A stretch of 64,000 bases of DNA, taken from Amaricoccus sp. Its GTDB lineage: Bacteria; Pseudomonadota; Alphaproteobacteria; Rhodobacterales; Rhodobacteraceae. The translations under genes were made by a program, and so were the position numbers. The stretch lies in assembly GCA_048594665.1 (NCBI GenBank), contig JBMDWT010000033.1:48094-112093 (forward strand), read 5' to 3'. This document shows positions 10,211-18,761 of this stretch, in pieces. Below the pieces are notes generated by a model. It made no database searches, was not told the origin of the DNA, and saw only the letters and a program-made list of their open reading frames with translations. Each line of letters starts with the position of its first letter. Position 1 is the stretch's first letter.

Positions 10211-10606
10211 TCAGCGCCTGAGCAGATCGAGCAGCGAGCTCGCCATCTGCCGGGCCTGATCGAACATGCGCAAATTCGCCTCGTAGGAACGGTTGGCTTC
10301 CCGTGCGTCGGCGATCTCGATCATCAGATCGACATTGGAGCTTTCGAGATAGCCATCCTTGTTCGCGAGCGGATTGCTCGGCGCATAGATGAAGTTCAAC
10401 TCCTTCTGATCCAGCGTGACCGGACCCGTCTCGACGCGCGCGGGCTCGCCCGGCCGCGTCAGCACATCCTCGAAGGTGACGGTCTTGCGCCGATAGCCGG
10501 GAGTATCGGCGTTCGCGATATTCTCCGAACTCAGACGCATCCGCGCGGCCTGGGCCTGCATGCCACTGGCCGAGGTCGCCATTGTCTTGGTCATCTCATT
10601 CATCAT
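10211..10606 (-). CDS. flgC: Rod protein FlgC
   Basis: SENIANADTPGYRRK, SNVDLMIEIADAREANRSYEAN. Confidence 0.96.
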   Translation of the reverse strand: MMNEMTKTMATSASGMQAQAARMRLSSENIANADTPGYRRKTVTFEDVLTRPGEPARVETGPVTLDQKELNFIYAPSNPLANKDGYLESSNVDLMIEIADAREANRSYEANLRMFDQARQMASSLLDLLRR

Positions 10607-10631
10607 GCACCTCCGTTACCGCCCAAGTGAA

Positions 10632-11018
10632 CTACCGTCCGAGTGAGCCGCGCAGGATGTCGAGCGATTTCTGATAGACGCCCAACGCCATATCGTGGCT
10701 CTGCCGGACCTCGGCGGCCCGCATCATCTGATCTTCAAGTGACACCGAGTTCCCGTTCGGCGATTCGGCCCCTGGAATCGTCGCGTCCAGAACGCGGAAC
10801 TGGCTCTCGGTGGTGAATGGAATATGCTGGGGCCGGGTCATTCGTGCCGAGAGCGGGGCGAGCCGGTCGCCGAGCGCCGAACTGAATTCCTCGACATCAC
10901 GCGCCCGAAAGCCGGGCGTGTCGGAATTGGCGATGTTTTCCGAAATGATCGCTTGCCGGGTCGAGGAGTAGGACGCAAGCCCGCTCGCGAGGCGCAGCAC
11001 ATTTAGGTTAAGATCCAT
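10632..11018 (-). CDS. flgB: Rod protein FlgB
   Basis: ISENIANSDTPGFRARD, NGNSVSLEDQM. Confidence 0.93.
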   Translation of the reverse strand: MDLNLNVLRLASGLASYSSTRQAIISENIANSDTPGFRARDVEEFSSALGDRLAPLSARMTRPQHIPFTTESQFRVLDATIPGAESPNGNSVSLEDQMMRAAEVRQSHDMALGVYQKSLDILRGSLGR

Positions 11019-11112
11019 CCCGCGAACTCTCCAAACTCAACAGATGCAACGAGGATTTAACCCTTGATGGTTGATAAAGTGTAAGCGAAGCCCGTTAACC
11101 GGACAGGACCAG

Positions 11113-12429
11113 ATGTTTACCAATTTCAACGCCCTCGAGGCCGAGTTCTCCCGGATTTCAAACCACAGGAGGGTGGGCCGGGTGGCGGCGGTCAGCACGG
11201 CCTCGCTGGAAATCGCAGGCCTCACCCATCAGGCGCGGATCGGCGACCAGGTCGCCATCACGATGAAATCCGCCAATCCGCTGGGGGGCGAGATCGTCGC
11301 CATCTCCGCCCAGAACGCGCGGGCGATGACCTATCAGCCGAGCGACGGCGCGGCGGTGGGCAATATCGTGACCCTGCTCGGGCGCGCCGGAGTGCATCCG
11401 GACGAAAGCTGGGTGGGCCGGATCGTGGATGCCTTCGGCCAATCGCTGGATGGCCGCCCCCTGACCTCGGGCTCGGCCAGCGCGGCCCTGCGGCGCGCCC
11501 CGCCTCCTCCCGCCACGCGCAAGGGGCTGGGGGGGCGGCTCGCCACCGGTCTCTCCGTTTTCGACACCGCCCTGCCCATTGCCCGGGGTCAGCGCATCGG
11601 CGTTTTCGCAGGCTCAGGGATCGGCAAGTCGATGCTGCTCGCCGATCTCGCCCGCGGGATCGAGGCGGATGTGGTGGTCCTGGCGCTGATCGGCGAACGG
11701 GGCCGCGAGCTGCGCGACTTTGTCGACAATGTCCTCGGCGAGACCGGAATGCGGCGCTCCGTCGTGGTCGCGGCGACCTCCGACCAGGCCCCCCTGATCA
11801 AGCGCCGCGCCGCCTGGATGGCCATGGCCACCGCCGAGGTCTTTCGCGACCAGGGCAAGCATGTGCTGCTCCTGATCGACTCGCTGACCCGTTTCGCCGA
11901 GGCCCATCGCGAGATTGCCCTGACCGCCGGCGAGGCGCCGTCGCTGCGGGGCTTTCCACCCTCGACCGCGAACCTGATCGCGGGCCTGTGCGAGCGGGCG
12001 GGTCCGGGGCCTTACGGCAAGGGCGACATCACTGGCATCTTCAGCGTCCTGGTGGCGGGATCGGACATGGACGAGCCGATCGCGGATATCAGCCGGGGCG
12101 TGCTCGACGGGCATGTGGTGCTCGACCGCGGGATCGCGGAACGCGGCCGGTTCCCGGCGATCGATGTCCGCCGCTCGGTCTCGCGCAGCCTGCCGGGCAT
12201 TGCCACGCCCGAGGAGAACACCCAGCTCTCGCGGCTCCGGCGGATCCTGACCGCCTACGAGAACGCGGCGCTGATGATCCAGACCGGCCTCTATGCGCCG
12301 GGCAGCGATCCGGCCATCGACGAGGCGATCCGGCTCTGGCCCCGGCTCGACGCCTATTTCACCACCCGCTCGCCCGAGGGCGTCGCCGAGAGTTTCCAGC
12401 GCCTGGCCGCGATTCTGGAAAACCCGTAA
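11113..12429 (+). CDS. fliI: Flagellar export ATPase FliI
   Basis: Walker A AGSGIGKS, IGERGRE, DSLTRFAEA, GVLDGH, FPAIDV; divergent from flgB; start taken at ATG 11113. Confidence 0.95.
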   Translation: MFTNFNALEAEFSRISNHRRVGRVAAVSTASLEIAGLTHQARIGDQVAITMKSANPLGGEIVAISAQNARAMTYQPSDGAAVGNIVTLLGRAGVHPDESWVGRIVDAFGQSLDGRPLTSGSASAALRRAPPPPATRKGLGGRLATGLSVFDTALPIARGQRIGVFAGSGIGKSMLLADLARGIEADVVVLALIGERGRELRDFVDNVLGETGMRRSVVVAATSDQAPLIKRRAAWMAMATAEVFRDQGKHVLLLIDSLTRFAEAHREIALTAGEAPSLRGFPPSTANLIAGLCERAGPGPYGKGDITGIFSVLVAGSDMDEPIADISRGVLDGHVVLDRGIAERGRFPAIDVRRSVSRSLPGIATPEENTQLSRLRRILTAYENAALMIQTGLYAPGSDPAIDEAIRLWPRLDAYFTTRSPEGVAESFQRLAAILENP

Positions 12430-12602
12430 ATCGGTCGTGGAGCGGGAAAATGAAACAACCTGAAGGTGAGAGAGGCAAAACAGAAGGCAAAAGTCGTCGC
12501 GTCCGGGGTTGAAGCCAACTGGCCGGTTCATTAGGGCTGGTCGGAGAAACAGGTCCGATCTCGCTCCAGGGTGCCGCGCGCTTGGAATTCCCGTTCGGGA
12601 GG

Positions 12603-13775
12603 ATGGGTCGACGCTCAGGGTGGAAAGTGTCTGTCAGTCCCGTCTCCTTGCTTCTTGTGATCCTCGCCCTGGTGATCGCGCTTCAGGTCGCCACGGTTTC
12701 GCTGGTCCTGTGGCGGTGGCGCGGGGCAGGGCGGCGTGCTCCTGTCGCGGATCTCCCGGCGCTGACGGTTCTCAGGCCGGTGCGCGGTCTCGACGCGGGA
12801 CTGGAGGAGGCGCTGACCTCCAGTTTCTCCGCGCAGGCCATCGACTACGAGGTGCTGTTCTGCGTCGCCGACGCCGATGATCCGGCGGTGCCGCTCTGCC
12901 GGGCGATCGTTGCGAAATACGGCGAGGGGCGAGCGCGTCTTCTGATCGGCGACGACCGGATCAGCGCCAACCCCAAACTCAACAACATGGCCAAGGGCTG
13001 GGCGGCGGCGCGTCATGACTGGGTGGTCATGATCGACAGCAACGTGCTCCTGCCGACCGACTATGTCCAGACGCTCTTTGGAACCTGGACCAAGGGCACC
13101 GGCCTTGTCACCTCGCCCCCGGCGGGCGTGCGCGCCCTTGGCTTCTGGGCCTCGGTCGAGGCCGGGTTTCTGAACGGCTATCAGGCGCGCTGGCAACTCG
13201 CGGCCGACCAGATCGGCCTCGGCTTCGCGCAAGGCAAGGTGCTGATGTGGCGACGCGAGCTTCTCGACCGGGCGGGCGGCATCGCCATGCTGGGCAGCGA
13301 TCTGGCCGAGGATGTCGCTTCGACCAAACTGGTCCGCGCGGCGGGATTGAAGGTGCGGGTCCTGCCGCGTCCGTTCCCGCAACCTTTGTACAAACGATCG
13401 GCGCGCGAGGTCTGGTCCCGGCAGAAACGCTGGGCCTGCCTGCGACGCGATGGCTTTCCGGCACTCTTCGCGCTCGAGCCGCTCAGCTTCGCCCTCCTTC
13501 CGGCACTGGCGGGCGGGGCACTGGTGGGCGCCGGGACCGTTCCCGCGACGGTGGCGCTGGCCTCGGCCGTCCTGTGGTACGGGCTGGAATGGCTCCTCGT
13601 CCGCCGGGCGGGCTGGCCCGCGTCGATCGCACAAATCCCGGCCTGGCTTTTGCGCGATCTCATGATGCCGGTCATCTGGCTGACCTCGCTCGGAACCCGG
13701 GACTTTGTCTGGAGGGGCAACGAAATGTCGGCGGATCCTGAGCATCCCCCCGTCAAAGATTCGGTCCGCTCGTGA
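12603..13775 (+). CDS. Ceramide glucosyltransferase-like glycosyltransferase (GT21 / HpnI-like)
   Basis: N-terminal TM, LRPVRG, NPKLNN, DSNV, LAED and RQKRW (Q/RxxRW) motifs, C-terminal TMs ending FVWRG; exact start uncertain. Confidence 0.85.
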   Translation: MGRRSGWKVSVSPVSLLLVILALVIALQVATVSLVLWRWRGAGRRAPVADLPALTVLRPVRGLDAGLEEALTSSFSAQAIDYEVLFCVADADDPAVPLCRAIVAKYGEGRARLLIGDDRISANPKLNNMAKGWAAARHDWVVMIDSNVLLPTDYVQTLFGTWTKGTGLVTSPPAGVRALGFWASVEAGFLNGYQARWQLAADQIGLGFAQGKVLMWRRELLDRAGGIAMLGSDLAEDVASTKLVRAAGLKVRVLPRPFPQPLYKRSAREVWSRQKRWACLRRDGFPALFALEPLSFALLPALAGGALVGAGTVPATVALASAVLWYGLEWLLVRRAGWPASIAQIPAWLLRDLMMPVIWLTSLGTRDFVWRGNEMSADPEHPPVKDSVRS

Positions 13776-14353
13776 CCGCGGGAACCGAATGGATCGTTCA
13801 GACGGTCGAGACCCAGGGCATGGCGCTGCTCTTTCCGCTCGCCATCCTCGAAGGCCCGATCGTCTCGGTGATCGCGGGCTGGCTTTCCAAGCTTGGATAT
13901 GTCTCGCTCGTCTGGGCCTATGTCCTGCTGGTCATGGCCGATCTCGTCGGGGACGTGGGCTTTTACGCGCTGGGCCGCGGGGGGCTCGGGCTCTTTCCCG
14001 AACGATGGCGGGAACGGCTCGGTCTCACCGAAAACCGGCTCTCGGCCCTCTCGGCGCATTTCGAAGAGGAGGGGGGCCGCACCCTGATCGTGGCCAAGCT
14101 GACCCACACCCTGGGCTTCGCGGCGCTGGTGGCGGCGGGCGCGGGGCGCATGCCGGTCTCGCGGTTCCTCTGGTTCAACCTGCTCGGCACCCTGCCAAAG
14201 ACGCTGGTCTTCGTTCTGATCGGCTATGCCTTGGGTCAGGCGCATGGCATGATCGGGAACTGGATCTGGCGGGCCTCGCTCGTGGGCCTGGTGCTCAGCC
14301 TGGTGATCGTTGGGATCTGGTATGTTCGGCGGCGCAAACGGGGCGGCCTGTGA
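13772..14353 (+). CDS. DedA family membrane protein
   Basis: LEGPIV, ADLVGDVGFYALGR, AGAGRMPVSRFLWFNLLG; GTGA overlap with the upstream stop. Confidence 0.88.
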   Translation: MTAGTEWIVQTVETQGMALLFPLAILEGPIVSVIAGWLSKLGYVSLVWAYVLLVMADLVGDVGFYALGRGGLGLFPERWRERLGLTENRLSALSAHFEEEGGRTLIVAKLTHTLGFAALVAAGAGRMPVSRFLWFNLLGTLPKTLVFVLIGYALGQAHGMIGNWIWRASLVGLVLSLVIVGIWYVRRRKRGGL

Positions 14354-15075
14354 CGACGGGGGTCTCCTGCGTGATCCCGGCCTTCAACGAAGGTCCCCGG
14401 ATCGCCGCCGTCCTTGAAATCACCACCAACCATCCGCTGATATCCGAGGTGGTGGTCGTGGATGACGGCTCGACCGACAACACCGGCGCCGTCGCCTCGA
14501 CCTTCCCCGGGGCCCGCCTGATCCGACAGCCGCGGAACGGCGGCAAGACCCGGGCGCTTGCGACGGGGATCGAAGCGGCGGCTCACCCCTACCTGCTTCT
14601 CGTCGATTCCGATCTGCAGGGTCTTGGTCCCGCCGATCTGACCGCCTTGATCCGGCCGGTTCTGAACGGACAGGCCGATCTTGCGATCAGCCTGCGGGGC
14701 AATGCGCCGGCGCCCTGGCGGTGGCTCGGGATCGATTATATCTCCGGCGAGCGGATGCTGCGGCGCGACCTGATCGCGGCGAACCTGAGTGAGCTCAACT
14801 CCCTGCCACGATTCGGGTTCGAGGTCTGGATGAACCGGCTCTCGATCCGGGCGCGGGCGCGGATCGCGGTGGTGCCCTGGCCGACGGTGGCAAGCCCCCT
14901 CAAGAACCGGAAATACGGGCTCGCGGCGGGGGTGATGGCGGATCTGCGGATGATCCTCGATTTGGGCCGGACCGTCGCTCCGCCGCGGCTCTTGCGACAG
15001 ATCTGGCTCATGCGGCGGAGCGCCGTTCTCTGCGCGCGCGAGATGCGCCGGGCGGAACGGCCGGGCCGCCCGTGA
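14350..15075 (+). CDS. GT2 family glycosyltransferase
   Basis: GTG start overlapping the DedA stop; VSCVIPAFNEG, VVDDGSTD, GGKT, LLLVDSD. Confidence 0.87.
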   Translation: MTTGVSCVIPAFNEGPRIAAVLEITTNHPLISEVVVVDDGSTDNTGAVASTFPGARLIRQPRNGGKTRALATGIEAAAHPYLLLVDSDLQGLGPADLTALIRPVLNGQADLAISLRGNAPAPWRWLGIDYISGERMLRRDLIAANLSELNSLPRFGFEVWMNRLSIRARARIAVVPWPTVASPLKNRKYGLAAGVMADLRMILDLGRTVAPPRLLRQIWLMRRSAVLCAREMRRAERPGRP

Positions 15076-15102
15076 ATCCAAGCAACTGACCCGACCGCGC
15101 TC

Positions 15103-15930
15103 TCAGCGCCTCTGGTGCCAGGTTCGTCCAATGGCGGTTCGACTGAGGGCTTCGGCGCAGACGCGGACGATGATATGGAGCGCGACCCCGGCGGCGGTGT
15201 CGCGGGATGTCAGGCCGGACAGGACCGCGCGGCGCTGTCCGGCTGTTCTGGTCAGATCGAGACCCAACCGAGCCAGTTCGCGCTCTCCGGTGCGCCACCG
15301 GGCGCGGACATAAACCCAATCCCGGAAACTGTTCGGCGGACGTGTCGTGATCACGGCCGCGGGCACCACCCGACGACGCTCCGCCGGGATCATCGCCTCG
15401 ATGAAATTGTCGTCGCCGAAGGTCCGGGGAAACCGGCCCCAGCGCGCACGACCCGATGCGCTGAGGCCAAGCAGGTGGTGATAGGCATTCGTTCTCGCAT
15501 GTGGGAGGGCAAGCCAGGTTCTGGCCAGCATCCGGCTCGACGTCGTGGCATTCGTGAGATCCCAGCGGATCGCCGGAGAGACGAGATCGGCACCGCCGGA
15601 CTCCAGAACGGCGCACAGCTCCTGGAAAATCCCCGGCCGCGCTTCGACATCCGCGTCGAGATAGAACCGTGGGAACAGGGTGGCCACGGCATCGCCCGCG
15701 TCGAGCGCGGCGGTTTTGCCCGCCTCCGGCAGTTCGAGCACCCTGATGTCGGGGCGACCGATGCACAGGGCGCGAAGAAGATCGGCGCTGTCATCCTCGC
15801 ATCCGTTGCAAACGAAGATAACCTCCGCGCCATCTCCTTCCGTCGCGGCCAGAAGAGACGGAACTGTTCGTCCCAGGATGCGTGCCTCGTCGTGGACCGG
15901 CACGACCACGCTGTAGGGCGGGACTACCAT
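15103..15930 (-). CDS. GT2 family glycosyltransferase
   Basis: SVVVPVHDE, VCNGCEDDS, GKTAALDAG, YLDADV DxD motif, GDD; start overlaps the NOS stop by 7 nt. Confidence 0.85.
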   Translation of the reverse strand: MVVPPYSVVVPVHDEARILGRTVPSLLAATEGDGAEVIFVCNGCEDDSADLLRALCIGRPDIRVLELPEAGKTAALDAGDAVATLFPRFYLDADVEARPGIFQELCAVLESGGADLVSPAIRWDLTNATTSSRMLARTWLALPHARTNAYHHLLGLSASGRARWGRFPRTFGDDNFIEAMIPAERRRVVPAAVITTRPPNSFRDWVYVRARWRTGERELARLGLDLTRTAGQRRAVLSGLTSRDTAAGVALHIIVRVCAEALSRTAIGRTWHQRR

Positions 15931-17207
15931 GGCATCCGTCGCCAGAGTTTCCAGCGCCGGTGGATCCGATCCAGGCTGCGCTGGAACAGGTTCTGCCGTC
16001 CATCGCCATAAAACGGCATGAGCCGCCAGCCATCCGCCGCACGGGCATTGTAGAAATTCGGCACCGGATGGAAGTTTCGCATCGGGAGATGAAACACTCC
16101 GCAGCCGGCGCCCGCCTGGGGCGGCACGATCCAGCGCCAGTCCGCCGCCACCCGGCGGCCCCGGCCCTGTTCGCGCTGGTGGAACTCCATGAACTGCTCG
16201 CTCGCCTCGTGATGGTCGATCATCGTGACCCCGGCCGCGCGATAGGAATGCAGCACCGCGCGATTAAGCTCCGTGAGCGCCGTATCCCGCCAGAAGGGAT
16301 CCGCGCGCGATGGATCGAGGCCGAGGGCGCGGGCGACGTCGGGCAACAGGTCGTAGCGCTTGCGGTCGGCGAAATCGCGCGAGGCGATCTCGGTGCACAT
16401 GTAAAAACCATTGAAGGGCGCGCAGGGATAGTCGATCCCGCCGATGGTCAGGATCATCCCGCTGACACAGGGAACGGCATACCAGCGCAGGCCGAGCTCC
16501 GCGAGTCCGGGCACCGTCGGATGGGCGATCGGGATTTCGCGAAAGGCTGGCTCCGGCGGCATATGGATCGACCGGCGATCCTGCCTGTCGCGGATGACAT
16601 AGGGCAGGAGGTCGAACCGGCCGGGCGTCCCGGGTGGCTGCCATCCCAGCGAGCGGGCAACGCGGGTCGCCTCGACATTCTGCCGGTCGCCAAGGATCGA
16701 TCCGTCCGGCCGGAGGTAGCCCGCGTATTGGGTGATCTGCGCGCTTTCGACATAGGAAGGCAAGGCGGTGCCCCGGACCGGGGAAAAGACGGAGATGACC
16801 GAACGGATGCGCCCATCTCCCAGGGCCGTCGTCATGTGGCGCGCAATCTGCGCGGCCATTGCCTCGGGCTGGTCGATCCCGCGGCAGTCGAAGACCTCGA
16901 GGCTTTCCCAGAATCGCCGCCCGATACAGCGCCCGTGGTTGCGCCAGGCCAGGCGGGCCCCGAAGGCCAGTTCCTCGGGTGTGTGGTCATAGCTGCCAGA
17001 GCGGCGCAACGCGCGGTCCACCTCGCTCCGCCGCCGGCGCAGGGCCGGGTCTCCGAGCCCGCCCTCGCGATGGAAGGTTTCGAGGAACGCGTGGGCTTCC
17101 TCGCGTCTTTCGCGGCGCGAGAGCCACCGCAACCGCCGCTCGAGAGAGCTGGAGGGCTCGACATAGGACAGACGGGCGGCGAAGGCGGACCAGCGTTCGA
17201 AGGACAT
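15924..17207 (-). CDS. nos: Nitric oxide synthase oxygenase domain protein (no reductase domain)
   Basis: GARLAWRNHGRCIGR heme-thiolate Cys94, QYAGY, WYAVPCV, APFNGFYMCTEI (substrate Glu273), IDHH, ADWRWIVPP: ordered NOS oxygenase motifs. Confidence 0.93.
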   Translation of the reverse strand: MSFERWSAFAARLSYVEPSSSLERRLRWLSRRERREEAHAFLETFHREGGLGDPALRRRRSEVDRALRRSGSYDHTPEELAFGARLAWRNHGRCIGRRFWESLEVFDCRGIDQPEAMAAQIARHMTTALGDGRIRSVISVFSPVRGTALPSYVESAQITQYAGYLRPDGSILGDRQNVEATRVARSLGWQPPGTPGRFDLLPYVIRDRQDRRSIHMPPEPAFREIPIAHPTVPGLAELGLRWYAVPCVSGMILTIGGIDYPCAPFNGFYMCTEIASRDFADRKRYDLLPDVARALGLDPSRADPFWRDTALTELNRAVLHSYRAAGVTMIDHHEASEQFMEFHQREQGRGRRVAADWRWIVPPQAGAGCGVFHLPMRNFHPVPNFYNARAADGWRLMPFYGDGRQNLFQRSLDRIHRRWKLWRRMPW

Positions 17208-17210
17208 GCG

Positions 17211-18761
17211 CTACATCAGCCCATCGAACTGCCGGGCGGCGGGTCGGATTTCCCGGCGGTTGATCTCGAAAACCGCGCGCAGGGCCCGGGCCTTGGCGCG
17301 TCGGTAGGCGGCGTCGCCCGCGCCCGCGGATCGGTATTCCGCGCGGCCCCGGCGGGCGGTGAGGCGGGTCACCTCCATGCCCGGGAGCGACTGCCTGCCC
17401 ACGACCGCGTCATAAATCGGTGTATCCTGGAGCAGCGAGAATTCGTTGAACCGAACACGGTCGAGATAAGGAACGTGGTCCTCCAGGAAGCGGGCCGTGG
17501 CCTCCATGTCATCCGCGGTCTCGCCGGGGAAGCCCTTGAACATCGAGCAGCGCACGCTCAGGCCCGCCTCGTGCGCCTCGCGGATGAACTGGGAGTTACG
17601 CTCCACATTCGAGCCTTTGACCATCAGGTCGAGCAGGCGCTGGCTGCCGCTTTCGAGGCCGAAGCTGATCCGGCGCATGCCGCCTGCGACCGCGAGCGCG
17701 AGATCCCGACGGGAAAGGCCATTGTCGGCGCGCAGGTCGACATGGACGGTGCCGACCCATTCGGCGCCCTGGACATAGCCCTGGATCTCGGAGGCGATGC
17801 CGCGGATCATGTCGGGATAGGAATTGAGCTTGAGATCCAGAAACAGGAAATTGGTCGTCGCATGGCGGCGGGACTGTTCCTGCATTTCGAGCAGCACGTT
17901 CTGGACCGAGCGCGTCCGGAAGGTTCGACCGCTGACCGAGATCACATCGCTGCAGAAGAGGCATTTGTCCCACTGACAGCCGCGCCCGGTCATCAGGGGT
18001 ACGATGCGTACCGGATACCGGTCCCAGGGAAAGTCGGTGTAATCGGGGACCGGTGTCTGGTCGAGCTGGCGCAGCGGCGGCGCCTTGGGTCCGCGACGAC
18101 CGTCCGGCAGGGTCACGCCGGCGAACCGGGTGAGATCTCCGCCGTCGCAAAGGGTTTCGACGAGGGCGGGAATGTCGCGATCCACTTCGGCCCCGACAAT
18201 GGCGGCCAGCCCGGGCAGGGAGCGCCAGGCGTCGGTGACATCCTCGAGGTTGAACATGCCTCCTCCGAGCAGGATCGGGACATTTGCCCCGGCGCAGAGC
18301 TTTCCGATCTCCTGGACGGTGTGGAAATGCTGGAGATAGGCCGACAGCAGAACCGCGTCCGGCCTTCGGTCCAGCGCGCGCCGCACTTCGCGCAGGACCA
18401 CCGGATGCGGTTGCTCCCGTTGCCATGTCCGCAGATCGCGCAATCCGTCGCGCGGAAGCCGGACGAGTGGATAGGTCGAGAGATGAACCCGGCGTTTGAC
18501 GTGATCGAGCCAGGTCTCCCGGCGCTCCCGCTGCGCGGCCGGTACGTCGTGGGCGAGCGGACAGATCACCTCGACCTGATGGCCGCGCTCGCGGAGCGCC
18601 GCCACGATCAGCCCGATGGCATGAGTCGGGAAGGTCGCGAAATTGTTCAGATCAAGCAGGAGGATTCGCCGCCGATGCGCCAGGTCTGCCCGCGCGAGGA
18701 TCACGGGCTCTGGCACGGCTCGGGCAGGTCGAAGAAGTCTGGAACGACGATCAATGGTCAT
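17211..18761 (-). CDS. B12-binding-domain radical SAM protein (class B-like)
   Basis: N-terminal FPTHAIGLIVAALRERGHQVEV cobalamin-binding-like domain, ILLGG, PDYTDF, GRGCQWDKCLFC cluster motif, FGLESGSQRLLDLM. Confidence 0.85.
   Translation of the reverse strand: MTIDRRSRLLRPARAVPEPVILARADLAHRRRILLLDLNNFATFPTHAIGLIVAALRERGHQVEVICPLAHDVPAAQRERRETWLDHVKRRVHLSTYPLVRLPRDGLRDLRTWQREQPHPVVLREVRRALDRRPDAVLLSAYLQHFHTVQEIGKLCAGANVPILLGGGMFNLEDVTDAWRSLPGLAAIVGAEVDRDIPALVETLCDGGDLTRFAGVTLPDGRRGPKAPPLRQLDQTPVPDYTDFPWDRYPVRIVPLMTGRGCQWDKCLFCSDVISVSGRTFRTRSVQNVLLEMQEQSRRHATTNFLFLDLKLNSYPDMIRGIASEIQGYVQGAEWVGTVHVDLRADNGLSRRDLALAVAGGMRRISFGLESGSQRLLDLMVKGSNVERNSQFIREAHEAGLSVRCSMFKGFPGETADDMEATARFLEDHVPYLDRVRFNEFSLLQDTPIYDAVVGRQSLPGMEVTRLTARRGRAEYRSAGAGDAAYRRAKARALRAVFEINRREIRPAARQFDGLM

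Noticed and set aside
11041-11112. Full CtrA boxes in the flgB/fliI and flgF promoter regions
   Set aside because: Only TTAAC half-sites are present; no TTAA-N7-TTAA match good enough to report.
781-12429. Flagellar cluster as a novel secretion system
   Set aside because: Gene content and order match the ordinary Rhodobacteraceae flagellar cluster.
12603-18761. Hopanoid tailoring cluster (hpnI/hpnJ/hpnK)
   Set aside because: GT21 and a B12-radical SAM are present, but in opposing operons, with no hpnK, shc or hpnH, and the radical SAM is coupled to NOS instead.
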